A DNA stretch of 64,000 nucleotides from Acanthaster planci (GCF_001949145.1 NW_019091358.1:1746240-1810239); one strand, 5' to 3'; counted from the first letter of the stretch, positions 51,807 to 64,000 are shown. Translations and numbers: made by a program. Notes: generated by a model not told the origin, from the sequence alone.

Positions 51807-54515
51807 TCAGATCTCTTTTTTAAGAAACGAGGTGACCATCATTCCGTAGTAGCTAGGGTGGTAGTTTGCGTACACTCTAGGCATCCAGACTTCCAGTGAT
51901 TCCTTCTTCAATAACCCATGGAGCATGACAAGCCCTGTATAGCCGCAGGACAGAGCTCTGTCGACATACTTGGCTGCTGTGGATACCAGGGCATCCTGGT
52001 CCAGTGTTGAGGCCCACAAACCACATGCCTGTTCAAAAAACAAAGACTTTTTCTGATGAGAGGACAGTTTATAGCAGCACTACATAAATCCCTTTTGTGA
52101 GTGAGGTTCTCAAAGCAACTGATGGGCTCCACTGTTTTGCATGTAGTATGCTCTGTCCATACTGCAGGAATTCCAGCTTGGAGGGGGGCATATGTAGAAG
52201 ATTTGGGGGCAGTGAGGCATTATCACATCCCGTACTGAACTGACAACAAATTACCATCATTTTCTTTTCTTGAGACAATTGCATGTTTTGTTCAAGTATA
52301 TGATTCAACTGTTCATTACTTGCCCAGGATTGTGAATCTGACAATGAGAATCCTCTTCCAAGGAATTCAAGATTTCCTTTCAATTCCCGAGAAAAAAATG
52401 CTCTAAGGTAAGAAGGTAGCAGTCAACTTTTCAAGGGACATGCAAATCACAGAACAGTACAGCAGTTGTGAAGGTCTGGTGCACTTTGTTACACTGGGCC
52501 ATCTACATGTATGGTAGATGAAAAAAACTGCCCATGTTGAGACAACAGGAGCCAACGGCACCGAACAATACCACAGTTGGATCTTGTGGTGGCTCGCAAC
52601 ACTCCGAGGCTGTTTGGCTTTGAAGATAGTTTGATCGATTGGCTCTTGTTGCACTGGGCAGACAAGCCACTTTTTGAAAAATGATCCAGATGAGTGTGTT
52701 TGGTTAGGTTTCTAGCCCATATACCCATGCGGGTTAGGGCTTTACAAACAACAAAGGACTGGGTAGAACAGAGGCTGTGTTTAATTTTTAACTGGTGGTA
52801 ATTGAAGAATTATGAAGGACACATCCTAGCCAAAAGGAGGTTGGAGTTAACAATAAACTAACCATTTTGCACTCAAACAGGATGGTACATACTGGCAAGT
52901 CAGGTATACACTGCTTTCGCATACTCACTTGATCAAATGGTTCAGCAGCTGATGAATATCCATAGGGACCATTTTTATCATGGGTATGGGCAAGATCTGC
53001 ACTGATGAGGATGACGACACGTTTCCGTAGCAACAGTAGCTGGTCATGAAGCAGGGCTCCTGAAATTTACACAGGAAATGCAGATAGTTAAAATGACACT
53101 CTACCATACTTCAACCAATTCACATACTTGTAGTTGACAAACTTGTGATACAGTTTAATGGAAGACTGAACTCACCAAATGTTCCCCTATCACAGAAGCT
53201 TCAAACATTCAAAATATCAATTTCATTTACCTGACAGAAACTTACCAAGATGCAGAAGTTCTGGAATCATTTGAACACTGTCATTATAGCGTCGACTGGG
53301 CTGAGAGATGACTGCTACCTTTGTGGTCTCAAGGGTTGGGACAAATGAAAGTGGAACCACTTCTCCCCACCTGTTTAAAATACATGTAGTTCACAGTTGA
53401 AGGAAGTCAATGCTTGTGTTGAATTAGGATGATTACAACACTTCGTCATATTTTTGGCAACAGAAGCTTCCCCATCCTGTATTGAATTGAGAATATGACA
53501 TATGAAACTGTCAATAAAGAAAATTAGGCCCATTTGGCGTTTAGATGTTGGTCCGTAAAATTCAGTTATTGGGCAACTAAATTAGTTGATCAAAGCGTCA
53601 GTTATTCGATTAAATTTTTCTACATCATCAATCAAAAAGCACTATGTGATTATGAAGGCATCTTTTCATAAGGTACAAGAGAATGGTCAGTAAAATCTCA
53701 AACCACATATATCCATCACTTTCAAGCAAAAAGCGTAGGATCATCACTGCGAGGGGTTGTAGTTGATAGGCGAATGTGGATGTGCAAGAGGAGGACAGGA
53801 AGAATTCCTCAACCATTACTGCTTGCCTCTATACTGTCACTCTCTGTGTGCTTGTTGGAACTGACACACTCTATCAAAGCTTGGGAGCCTGATGGTGGAA
53901 GCCAGCAACTTGCAACTAGGTGATGTTCATTTTTAAAAACTGTGTAAGTACTAGGGGGAAATTGTACAACATAAACTACATGTACCTGAGTGGGAAAGGG
54001 TCATCTGCTCCACCAGGTGGGCCAAAGGCACTCAGCCCGCTGACATTCTCTCCCAATCTGACCAGGTCTTGAACTAGACTCTGGCTGGACATACTGTCTA
54101 AATTGACTTCCAGTCGATAGGGGCCGACATAGTTATCCGTGTCGGCGGTGCCGTACCCTTTGGGGTTCAAGTAGAACTGGAATTTGTCCAGATCAGCAAC
54201 TCCATGGGGTGTGCTCAGGACAATCAGATCCGGTTTCAGGCCGGAGATGATTTCACCTACGGTTTTAGCTGAATCATGTAAAAGCCACGCTTCTGCCAGT
54301 GCTGTGCGGTTGCTGGTGTTGAAGTGAGTGGGGTCAAAGGCGATTCCTCCATGAGGTAGAACGAAGGCGCCAACAATCTCTCCAGAACTTGCAGCTGAGG
54401 GCTGGTTGACAGCCATGAAGACCAGAGTGAGTGGTAATATGTAGGACAAAGTCCAAATGGATCTGCTCACGGAGCCATTACATGTACATACGTATCTTGC
54501 ACATGTAGGTGACAT
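51807..54515 (-). CDS. LigB/Memo-fold (class III extradiol dioxygenase superfamily) protein, ~335 aa, with N-terminal hydrophobic leader
   Basis: Four phase-consistent coding exons: 53986-54515, 53246-53370, 52929-53059 and 51807-52028 (1008 nt including TGA). Motifs are GAFVLPHG, KPDLIVLSTPHG, WGEVVPL, KRVVILISADLAH, FD, ALSCG and YYGMMV. The start codon choice is less certain. Confidence 0.85.
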
Positions 54516-55299
54516 CCTCCCTACTTGAGTACTAAAATGATTGTATTTCAATGCTTGCCACAATGTAGATTCATCACTTTTCTGGAAATTGAACAAAGAC
54601 TTTCACTGAGTAAACTGTACACACTCGATAATGTAAAATAACAATTAACCTGACATGCTTATTGTAAATATAACCACTTCACACACCCAAGGGTTTAGGG
54701 TCAATGGGTATGTCAGGTATTAAGGGTTGTAATAAAAACAAAAAAAAATAACTTGTTTTCATTAAGTGCACAAATTGTCTTGGGGGATTACTAAGACTTT
54801 ATACTCTGTTACACTGTGTCTGAAATGGGCTTCCAGAGCTGTGGCTGGGTCTACTGTTAGCACGTGTTTCCAATGGAGTGAAGGCCTAGACCTATATGTA
54901 GCTCTTAACAACAGACTTGGATGCAGCCGGCGCAGTGCATCTTTCATGTCCTAATGGTATCAGCTTACAAGTCACACAGTGGAGACGGTTGCGCGATGGA
55001 AACAAGATGCCATCTCCCGCCTCCAAAAACTGTGGAACCGAAATGCAGAGCAAGCTTAGCCACCGACTGGCCCAAAACATGCACAATGTGATAAACATAC
55101 AGGCATGAACAGTCTGATCATTGTCAGGTGGAAACGAGAGAGATGTGGTGAGTAAAAATGTCAGGTTTTTCAATTAAAATTTTTCTGGTGGTCAGAAACT
55201 CATACGCGAGTATTTTCAAGAGCTACATGTAGGTACTTCACGGTTGGGAAAGAGTTCCATTTCTGCGGATGCTGTTTGAAACTCTGTGACTGTTCTGGC

Positions 55300-56094
55300 C
55301 TACATAAAAGTGTAGCCGGACGGGGTGGTAACTTAATATCAACCAGAAAATTCAACCGAAGTACAAAGAAGAATTATGGCCGAGGGTAAGGCTCCGGTAT
55401 CCACACTGACCTTATTCCATGGTAAAACTGTAACAAAAATACAAGAAAGCCTTCACAACTCTTGTAAAGAGCAATAGAGAAACAGTTAAACCACTGAACG
55501 TGTATCTATAGATTCCAATGAGTCATGGGAATAAGCAACATGCTTAATACTGGGCTCATTCCATTCTAACAATGGCAGGTTGTAGACAAGAAACAGGTAT
55601 TGCTCATTCACTGAAAACTGATAAATGCAGTGGAATACTATAATGTCTTGAATCTAGAAAGTCATGGCATATCATGCAGCAATCTATGGTTATCTAAAAT
55701 CAAACTTAAAGTACTATCTAAAACTTTAACAATTATGGCAAGCGATCAATAAAATAGTAACTTGGAACACCTGGGATGGTAATAACAACAAGTCAGATCG
55801 CCTTACGAAAATACCGAGAAAATTACATCAAGAACAGCTGGACTTACACGACTGTGGCTCAATATGGGGAGAAATATTGTCTGTAACAATGGAATGTCTC
55901 AGGAATCTGGTAACACAGAATTCTCTGGCAGGATCGCTGCTTCGAGCATGTCACTAGAAATAACTCATGAATCCCCTAATTCCAAGAAAAGTGGACAGCG
56001 CCCTCTGGAGTCCTATAGAAAAAGATAAGTTTCACTGTTGACTATGAAGAGCGCCTTCAGTAGAAGTAGCTGGACGGAGACTCCGGCCGTGACA
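55300..56094 (-). repeat. Probable 3' LTR of the BEL/Pao element
   Basis: On the minus strand a polypurine tract (AGGCGGGGAG, 56095-56104) directly precedes TGTCACGGCC at 56094. The far end is uncertain, with candidate ...ACA termini at 55311 or 55291. No second LTR is available to confirm it. Confidence 0.6.
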
Positions 56095-56222
56095 CTCCCC
56101 GCCTAAAAAAAAACCAAAAACGATCGGATATTTTTAGCAACATGCCTCACTAGACCTAACAAAAAAAAAACCAAAAACTGAAACTGTCCAGGTTGGCACT
56201 ACGGTTCATGAGCATTGAGCGT

Positions 56223-57152
56223 TCAGTCAGCTGAGACGGGTGCCTTGTCAATAAGTACTAGCTCAGAGATCGGTCGGAGATATGTGTGTTTGGTTCCCTT
56301 GGTGCAAACGGTAACCTCTGCCTTGCGGATTCTACCATCTTCGCTTGGGTGGATCTTGACGACGCGAGCCAGGGGCTTCTGGCATCTTGAAAGTTCCTTG
56401 TCTCGAAGGAGGGCGACATCTCCGTTGCCAAGGTCTTGTTTTGTGTCGTGCCACTTGCGTCTGGGTTGCAGGCTCTGAAGGTACTCCCTCTTCCATCGAA
56501 CCCAAAACTGATCTGCGAGGTATTGAACCCGCAGCCATCGGCATCGCCCATACTCGTCTTGTCTTATGAAGTTGCCTGGCAGCGGCTGGAGTTGTTGGGT
56601 CTTTAGCGTCAGCAGCATGGAGGGGGTACGAGGTTGAGGGTCATCGGCGTCAGGTGAAATACTGCACAGTGGGCGCGAGTTGACGATGGCAGCCGCCTCA
56701 GCCAAGAACGTCACAAGTATCTCATGGGTTAACTTGTGTTTTCCGAGGTCCAGGAACATTGCATCAAGGACGCACCTGACAGTGCCTATCTGGCGCTCCC
56801 AGATTCCTCCGAAGTGTGAGGCATGTGGAGGGTTAAACACCCATTCGCACCGCTGAGACAACAGGTAGGACGCAACGCGCTCACGGTCCATCTCATCAAG
56901 AGCATTGTCCAGTTCATTCTTTGCCCCAACAAAGTTCGTTCCCCTGTCGCATCGCAGTCGTGCAACAGGTCCTCTTATCGCCACTAGTCTGCGGTATGCG
57001 GATATGAAAGCCGATGCATCCAGTGACTCAATTACCTCGAGGTGGATGGCCCCACTATAGAGGCATGCGAAGATGATGGCCCATCTTTTGGAATCTGAAG
57101 TTCCGCCTCTGGTTTTCCTAGACACCACTGACCAAGGGCCAAACGCATCCAT
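56223..57152 (-). pseudogene. BEL/Pao integrase core and C-terminal region (part of broken pol)
   Basis: 309-aa ORF with AIHLE, LRCDRGTNFVGA, WERQI, VNSRPL, QFWVRWKREYL and GRIRKAEV. It is frameshifted from the upstream ORF 57155-58150. Confidence 0.9.
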
Positions 57153-58724
57153 GCCTACTTTGGTGAAGGGTGGTGCTGCCGTGAGTCTGTCCCTGGGAGT
57201 CCTCCCATAATCTGGTTGAGCGGCTTTCCCCTAAGTCTCCTGCATGTGGTGCACTGGTTGATGACACCCCTGACTAGTTTGTGGAGTCCAAGAATCCACA
57301 GTCCAGCATGGCTCACAGCTCCAGTCGTCAGGTGTCGGCCTTGATGACGCACTTCGCGATGGAGATGTTCCACCAGGAGTCGAGAGACGTGGTCTCCTTT
57401 TGGGAGGACAATGGGGTGGCAGACTCCCAAATCAAAGTTGCCTCGTTTCAGCCTTCCGCCTACTCTGAGTATTCCGTCGTCGTCCAGGAATGGGGCTAGG
57501 CCCGAGGGGGGGCTCTTCCTGCTGATGGTTGAGTTGGGTTCGGTCCTTGCCTTCTTCAAGGTTCGTACCTCGTCACTGAAGGACTCGCTCTGAATGGCCC
57601 TGAAGATGGCTCTTTCTGCTTGTTGTAGTTGTGCACTGGATAGATTGGATGAGACCCTTTGCACTTCATCCCGGCTGGTCTCGGAGGTGTCATCTCGTCC
57701 TGCCTTGAAGGTCTGAATTCTTCTGATCAGGTTTCCAACTGCTCGTTCGAGGCGTGGCCAGCTTGAGAATCTAGAGAAACAGGCACATCCCAGATGTGGT
57801 GTGTCGCCTTGAAGAGTTAGCTTGTTGGCTTCCCCTTCGACATTAGTTGCTGATGCAGAAACCTGCTTCCGTACTTCAGGGTCGTTCTCGTCATAGGTAT
57901 GTTCGGTGTTTGCTGATGTCGTTCCGGCGGGCAGTGGGCCAGATTGCCAGAAGAAGTCTGGCCCGCGGAACCAGTTTGTATCGTTCAACCGTCCTGCGGG
58001 AACTGATCTTGACGCTAGGTCTGCAGGGTTTTGGCCTGATGAGATGTGGTGCCACGGACAAGGCTTTGATGCAGCGTGGATCTTGTGAACGCGGTTCGCC
58101 ACGTAAACGTGGAATCGTTTCGATTCATTGGCTATGCGGCCAAGAACCACCCGGCTGTCCGAGTAGAATACGGTTTCGTTTATGGCTACTCTGCCTTGTA
58201 ATTCTGCTTCGGCTGTCCTTGACAGCGTCGTGGCGAGGACAGCTGCTCAAAGTTCAAGGCGGGGGATCGACACTGCATGAACAGGCGCCAGCTTTGCTTT
58301 TAGCCTCATGTAGCACACTGCACCTATGGCGATTTCACTAGCGTCGCAAAAAAAACCAAAAACATGTAAAAAAAGATTTGATTTCACCAAATGCTGGGGG
58401 TTTGTAGCATCTTTGGATGTAGACGTTCTCTAGTTCACATAGAGAGTCTCGCCATCGGTTCCATCTGGGGAGGGCGGTCTCGGGGAGAGGTCGGTCTCAC
58501 GAGTCTTGAGGGAGGTTAGTGCCTTTTGTTTCCATCATTACTTCACGTAGGATGAGTTTCCCTTCAATAGTTACAGGAGTCACTAGGCCTAGCGGATCAA
58601 AGATGGAGCTGGCTATCGACAGCACTCCTCGTATAGTGAATGGCTTTTCCGGTAGATTTACTATGAAAGTAAAGGCGTCTTTGTCGAGGGCCCAATGAAA
58701 TCCAAGTGACCGTTGGGTGGGGGG

Positions 58725-59549
58725 TCAATCGTGACTGAAGTCGAGGCTCTTGACGTCCTTTGCTCTGTCGCTTTCCGGCAGTGCTGACATGACATCGGTG
58801 TTGTTAGACACAATTTTGTGGAAACGCAGGTTTTTACTCGCTATGGCGTCTTTGGTACGTAGTACCAAGCTGATGGCCGTTTCAGTATCTGGTTGTGAGG
58901 TGAGCCCGTCATCCACATAGAAGTCCCGATGGATGAATTCTGACATGTCTTTTCCGTGTGTGGATTCACACTCTCTGGCAATCCTCCTGATGCCAAAGGT
59001 TGCGACGGCGGGCGAAGAGATGTTCCCAAAGAGGTGGACATTCATCCGGTGGTGGACGATTGCCTTTTCGGGGTTATTGTCCTGGAACCACAGGATTCGT
59101 AGGAAATTGCGGTGGTTTGGGGTGACGTGGAAGTTGTGGAACATCTTTTCCCCGTCCCCCATGACGGCTACCTTGTCAACTCTGAATCTCAGGAGTATAC
59201 CGAGTAGTGTGTCCATTTGATCGGGCCCTTGGAGTAAGACCTGGTTCAAAGAGATGCCGTTGAACTCGGAACTGGCATCGAAGACGACTCTGATGTCTGG
59301 CTTCTTGGGGTGTCGAACCGGAAAGTGAGGTAAATACCACGTTGTGCCATTAGCTGGTGTGGGCTCATCTATCTGCACAGGGGTTGCGTGTTTCATGTCC
59401 AGGATCTTACCCAGAAAGGCTTGGTACTCTCTCATCAGTTCTGTTTTGCGGTTAAGAGTCCGGAGGAGATTTCTTAGTCGGGCCTCTGCCTGTGGTCGAT
59501 TAATTGGTAGATAAGTGGGGTCAGTCTTGAAGGGTAAAGGGAACTCCAA
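58725..59549 (-). pseudogene. BEL/Pao reverse transcriptase fragment
   Basis: 274-aa ORF with YVDD, HLFGNISSPAVATF and LLRFR. It ends in a premature stop. Confidence 0.9.
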
Positions 59550-60317
59550 ATTCCCGTCGGCGTTAAGTGTGGGCGTTGTCTGACAGGATCTGGATGAAGC
59601 GTTGATCCTGACAGAGCTTTGCTGTCGTCATGACTTGTTTCTGCAAAAACATCGGAGCACGTATCCCGATGAGTATTTGATACATCTTTTGTCTTGATAT
59701 GATTTTCACACACGGTGGGGTAGTTGAAGTAACCTTCGGAGGTGATGGCATGACGCGAAGGAGAGGGGGCTGACGTCAAGGTAGTACGGTGAGTAGAGAC
59801 ATGTTCTGTCTCGGTAATGTTGCTTGAGCAGATACAACCAGAAACTGTCCATCCCATCTTTGTTCGTTGGGCCTAAGGGGTGCCTTTGGGTCCGTTCCTG
59901 GACTCTCTGACTTTGAGAGGCTCTGGGCAGTTCCTGCCGATCATTAGTAGGACATCTACGTCTTCTCTGATGTCGGGGATCTTTCCCGCAATTTGGCTCA
60001 GGTGTTGGAATTTTCGGCAGAGGTCTGGCGATGGAATCTCGTCCCTGTCGCTGGGAATGTTGTCCTTCTCTATGACTGTTGGTAGGTGCTCTATGTTACC
60101 CTCCTGGGATTCCATGACCAACCCGCGGGCTCGTCTCCTTTGCGTGGAAATTCGTCGCCCGCCACATATTCAAACAGGGGTCCATCGATATTGAGGGCGT
60201 CAAATAACTTCGGGTCACCCAGGCACGCATTTGATTGGTCGTCCAGGACAGCATAGGCATGTTATTGGGTTGTGATTCCTGGCTACAAAGTGTTTCAGGT
60301 TTAGTGGTTTCTGGGAA

Positions 60318-60420
60318 GAGCCACCAACATAAAGCTGGATAGCTCAGTTGGTAGAGCAAAGGTACAGTATTCTAGAGGTCGCAGATTCTAAACCCACTCC
60401 AGTCAAATTCTTTGTTCATC
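60318..60420 (+). mobile_element. tRNA-derived SINE head (degenerate)
   Basis: GGATAGCTCAGTTGGTAGAGC (A box), a degenerate B box GATTCTAAACC, then CAGTCAAATTCTTTG. Homologous to 29051-29148. No complete acceptor stem. Confidence 0.7.
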
Positions 60421-62000
60421 TTTATAATTATTTCTAAACACCTAATCAGTTTCCCTAAATAGTTTGTTTCACGACTTGGTTTTTTCCCTCCTAAATTGAA
60501 CTTTTCTGCACAAGCTTTTGCTTTCCAACGGCTAATAGGTCACTGTAAGGAATAATTACTGGTGTCCGGAGAACTCTTCCGCGCGGTTGCTCTCACGGGA
60601 AAATCGGATTGAAAAATGGCATTTGCATTACCAAATGCAAAACCTGGATTAAAAAAACACATAGCGTTACCAACCCATGTAACTAACAACTCCACTAAGT
60701 TACATAGCACGGAGTAGTGACAGGTTCTCGAAGTAAACAGGACCTACATGTCGCCCTGCATACAGGGCTAGAAATACGATAAATGGCTCTCTTTTGAAAT
60801 ACAATGTAGTAACGGGAATAAGACAAAGTTCAAAAGCGAGACATTTGATACAGCTCTAACGTCTGTCATGATTGTGACCAATTGGGTCCCTAATTTCATC
60901 ACGTAGGCGTACATACGTGTATTATTTTCTCATTTTCAANGCTTACTAGTGCAGATGTCTTAGCAAGCGACAAATAATAAAAGGCCTTTAATGCTGGGTT
61001 TTGTGTAGCTTACATTGTTTTTAATACACATTTGACTTTTTGTATTTTACATGTAGCTTTTGTGTACGTAATGGGGCAGTTACGCTAATCTACATATTTT
61101 TTACATTTACACAAGATATCTTGTCGTTAGTAAAAACTTTAAATATCAACCACGTCTTTTCCGACATTGTATCCTCGATCCTCTATATAAGTGCTCACCT
61201 AATTATGGCTTTGAAACAAGATTTCCAGAAAAGTACACTGCAGTTGAAATTTTTAGAGGTGATTATATTTTCACAGCTCACAGTCTGTCATCGAAGCAAT
61301 TCATACAAAAAGTTACTTCTTTTTGTGCCTAAGAGTAGGCAGTTTTTAATGAGTTCGACCACGTGTTGTGTAAAAGCTCCAGCCTAAATCTACGCAGCTG
61401 GCGGCCTTTTAAATCTACGGTGGCCAAGACGTGCTACACAAGATATATTTATCGAAAAGATGAGTCCTGGTGTTTGGCCTTGTAACAGCACTGTAACAGT
61501 ACACATATAAAGCATTTAAACAACTTCAAATCTTAAATCTTCCAGTTGTCACTTCCATTTCATTTGAATAACTTTCTTAAATTAGTAATGGGGAAATGAA
61601 TTTTAATAAAGCACAGTATTCTTACATTTTACAACATGGGGTCCTCGGTCTGTCACTATTTAACATCCTTGCATAAAAAATTACAAGTAAATTCCCTTAA
61701 TGTATCCTTTGGTTATTTCATACTTGTTTGTTTTGACAGTCTTCTCTAGCTCAACATCAATTATGGCACCCCATATCCTCCAGTGGTCTGTCCCCTCTTC
61801 TGTACACCCAATGACTCCATCCACATCCACTCTGTCTTTAAATTCTCCTCCAAAAAAATCTGTAATCATAATAATGAACAAATAATTTTTCAAGAGAAGG
61901 CAAATAGTCAATGTCCTCCGAAACACCTTCCCGTGGCTGGTAGACCTAATTCTTTTCCAACATTTACTGCCATGTTCTTTGTAACTTGCAACCACCATCA

Positions 62001-62186
62001 CACTCTACAAGCTCCCAGGTAAGATTGACCAGAATTAGGTCCTGTTCGGCGTGAACCTTTTCTGGGGCAAATGTGACCCGTTTCCGAGTCACACTTGACC
62101 CTTTCTGGGTCATGAATTGACCCGGGAAAGGGTCATTCCGAATGCAATTAAATTCTGGGTCAATCTGACCCGGGAGTTTTAGACTG
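62001..62186. mobile_element. Palindromic MITE with CACTCT termini and internal TGACCC/GGGTCA repeats
   Basis: CACTCTACAAGCTCCCAGGTAAGATTGACCAGAATT...AATTCTGGGTCAATCTGACCCGGGAGTTTTAGACTG. A related decayed copy is at ~10660-10866. Confidence 0.65.
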
Positions 62187-63118
62187 CACAAGTGAGTGAA
62201 CACCGCCATCCCCATCCCCCCACACGCCCTTGGTTTTATACCTGTGCCCTATCAGGTCGGCGCATATCCCATATTTCATGAATGTCCCTTTATTCATGAA
62301 TATGGGCAACCCAGTGTCAGCCTAAGTAATCTTGCTCTCTTCTTGGAAGAAAAATAAGAAACAAACCCTAAAAATGGATCCACCAGTAAGTTTTATTCAT
62401 ATTTACTCACTTGACTAAACAAAACATTAACATTTTGAAACTTCAAATATAAGCGAAGGGTCTTATCTGCACCCCTGAAGCACTTTACTGAGTCAATTTT
62501 TAATAACATCGCGTGACACATTAAAATCACATATTAGACAATAGAGGGCGAGAAAATAGATGAGACGAGGACTTCGGAATTTTTTGGAGGACTCACGACA
62601 TAGACTCTTTAGTATTTGTGCTAGAAAATTCGCCGAAAAGGGGGTCCCTTATTTCTTTTACACATAAACATAATATAACAGAATTAATTTCTGGGGTCTT
62701 TGCAAAATTTAAACACGGACAAACAATTCAAGTGACGCGGGCTGTTCAAAATCGCCCGCGTCCGAAAAACATTCACTGACAGATGAGAGCGTAGAAATCA
62801 GACTGCGTAGATTTAAGGGGCCTGACGATACTAATAAATGACGGTAAAAAGATGATCACTGTCATGGATTCTCTTGGCTGCACGTGCAGGCAATACGGGG
62901 CTGAGATTCCAAGACACTGCTGTGATGTTGAAGTTGCGTTTTCACACTATTAGGTGTGAACTGAAATCAGAGTTTGGTTTCAGTGTCTGGCAAATTACCT
63001 ACAAGGCGTGTCGTCACCTTTTACCTGCATGTGCCCTTTTTCAAGCAAGCTGATTTTTTTGGTAACTTAACGTCCCTTAGGCCACTCACTGTAAAAACCA
63101 ACGAATCTGACTAGACAA

Positions 63119-63804
63119 TAAGGCGCCGTTCATAAAGTACGTACGCACGAAATGCCGACTTTTCAGACCCTCTCCCCGTGTACGGATGGCCTACGCAGTG
63201 GCTCAACTCCCCTCCTCTCCTGTACGCATTCCACATATCTTTTCACCTCTCAGGGTACCTTGCTTTAGCAGTATTAAATGTCACAGTACATCTACTGTAG
63301 TACTGTTATTCGCACGTTGTTTGCTTCCAAATTCTGAAATAAATGACCAAAGTAATAACGGGTTTTTATATCGGCATTTCTTTATTAATGGCCCTGGAAA
63401 AAATTTACTTGGCAGCTTAAGAAAAGGTGTTGTTAAACTTTATGCTTAAATAAAGCAAGGAAAAATAATGTTTTGCACCTATTAAAACATTAACAACATG
63501 TATTAAAACATGCTCAGGTTTCCGAGCGGTTTACTAATAATGGGTGCTGCAACGAGACGATAAACGGTGGGGTTGACGGTGGAGGATACTGTGTTTGAAT
63601 AGGTTTTCGACTCACAAAGGCTGATTCTGGTAGTTATTTGTATGAGAAAGTGTACTGATATGATGAAGATTCAACAAATTTTCGGTTTGTGTACGATATG
63701 CACTGGCTTGAACCCCCTCCCCCTCTGTACGCATGGTGTACGCAACGGCACCGACCCCGTCCCTTCCCCTTTGTCATGGGTACGTACTTTACGGACGGCG
63801 CTAA
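63119..63804. mobile_element. PIF/Harbinger-like MITE (~680 bp)
   Basis: TAA-GGCGCCGTTCATAAAGTACGTACGCA...TGGGTACGTACTTTACGGACGGCGC-TAA, giving ~25-bp imperfect TIRs with TAA on both sides. Confidence 0.65.
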
Positions 63805-64000
63805 GTGGAGAAAATAGGGACTTGGCGACTATACTCTCATGGTCGTTAGTCACATTCATTTGTATTATTTGCATGCGCATGGGAGCTTTTAATAATTTAC
63901 GTACAAGGTTTCAGGACCACAACGTCGGTTCCATTGAAAATGAACGCTCTTTTGATGACGTTCCGAATCTGCCAACAATGTTAAAATCGCGCTTAAAGTG

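Larger units (their letters stand above)
55300..60290 (-). mobile_element. Decayed BEL/Pao-type LTR retrotransposon, 5'-truncated (gag and 5' LTR absent)
   Basis: Domain order PR-RT-RH-IN. Protease AYAVLDDQSN (~60230-60260). RT WYLPHFPV, IRVVFDAS, LNQVLLQGPD, FYVDDG (58725-59549). RNase H HVF..CDAS and SIPRLEL (~58240-58365). HHCC zinc finger and DDE integrase CDRGTNF, HFGGIWER, RPISELV (56223-57400). Multiple frameshifts and stops. Confidence 0.93.

Noticed and set aside
51807..54515. Calling the gene MEMO1 or bacterial contamination
   Set aside because: It lacks MEMO1-specific motifs (HAGSWY, EHSIEM) and has three canonical spliceosomal introns, so no symbol was assigned.
57847..58341. 164-aa plus-strand ORF
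   Set aside because: Antisense to GC-rich BEL pol sequence.
60336..60405. Possible tRNA gene (also 29060-29130)
   Set aside because: It has A/B-box-like sequence but no coherent acceptor or anticodon stems. Shared non-tRNA flanks between the two loci indicate a SINE.
61681..61859. Possible minus-strand terminal exon (DFFGGEFKDRVDVDGVIGC...GIYL*) after a TTACAG acceptor
   Set aside because: No recognisable domain and no partner exon found in the window. It could be a retroelement remnant or chance.

Overview
AT-rich, intron-rich animal genomic DNA. It is probably a marine invertebrate deuterostome such as an echinoderm, inferred from the gene families and repeat style and not proven. About 49 kb is one minus-strand laminin alpha-type gene. 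I traced 37 GT-AG exons with continuous reading phase from the ATG at 48937 to 562 (7068 nt, 2356 codons), and the gene continues off the left edge within its LG domains. Its short arm is unusually compact and beta-chain-like. Its 11.66-kb intron 12 (24565-36220) holds two tandem, intronless class A GPCR genes on the opposite strand, produced by a ~6-kb local duplication. Upstream is a minus-strand gene with 4 coding exons (51807-54515) encoding a LigB/Memo-fold protein with an apparent signal peptide. Next is a decayed, 5'-truncated BEL/Pao LTR retrotransposon (~55300-60290) capped by a tRNA-derived SINE. Introns and intergenic DNA carry several MITE families (TTAA/piggyBac-like including a 51-bp mini-element, fold-back, Harbinger-like) and abundant TACATGTA repeats. 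No rRNA, true tRNA or CRISPR features were seen.
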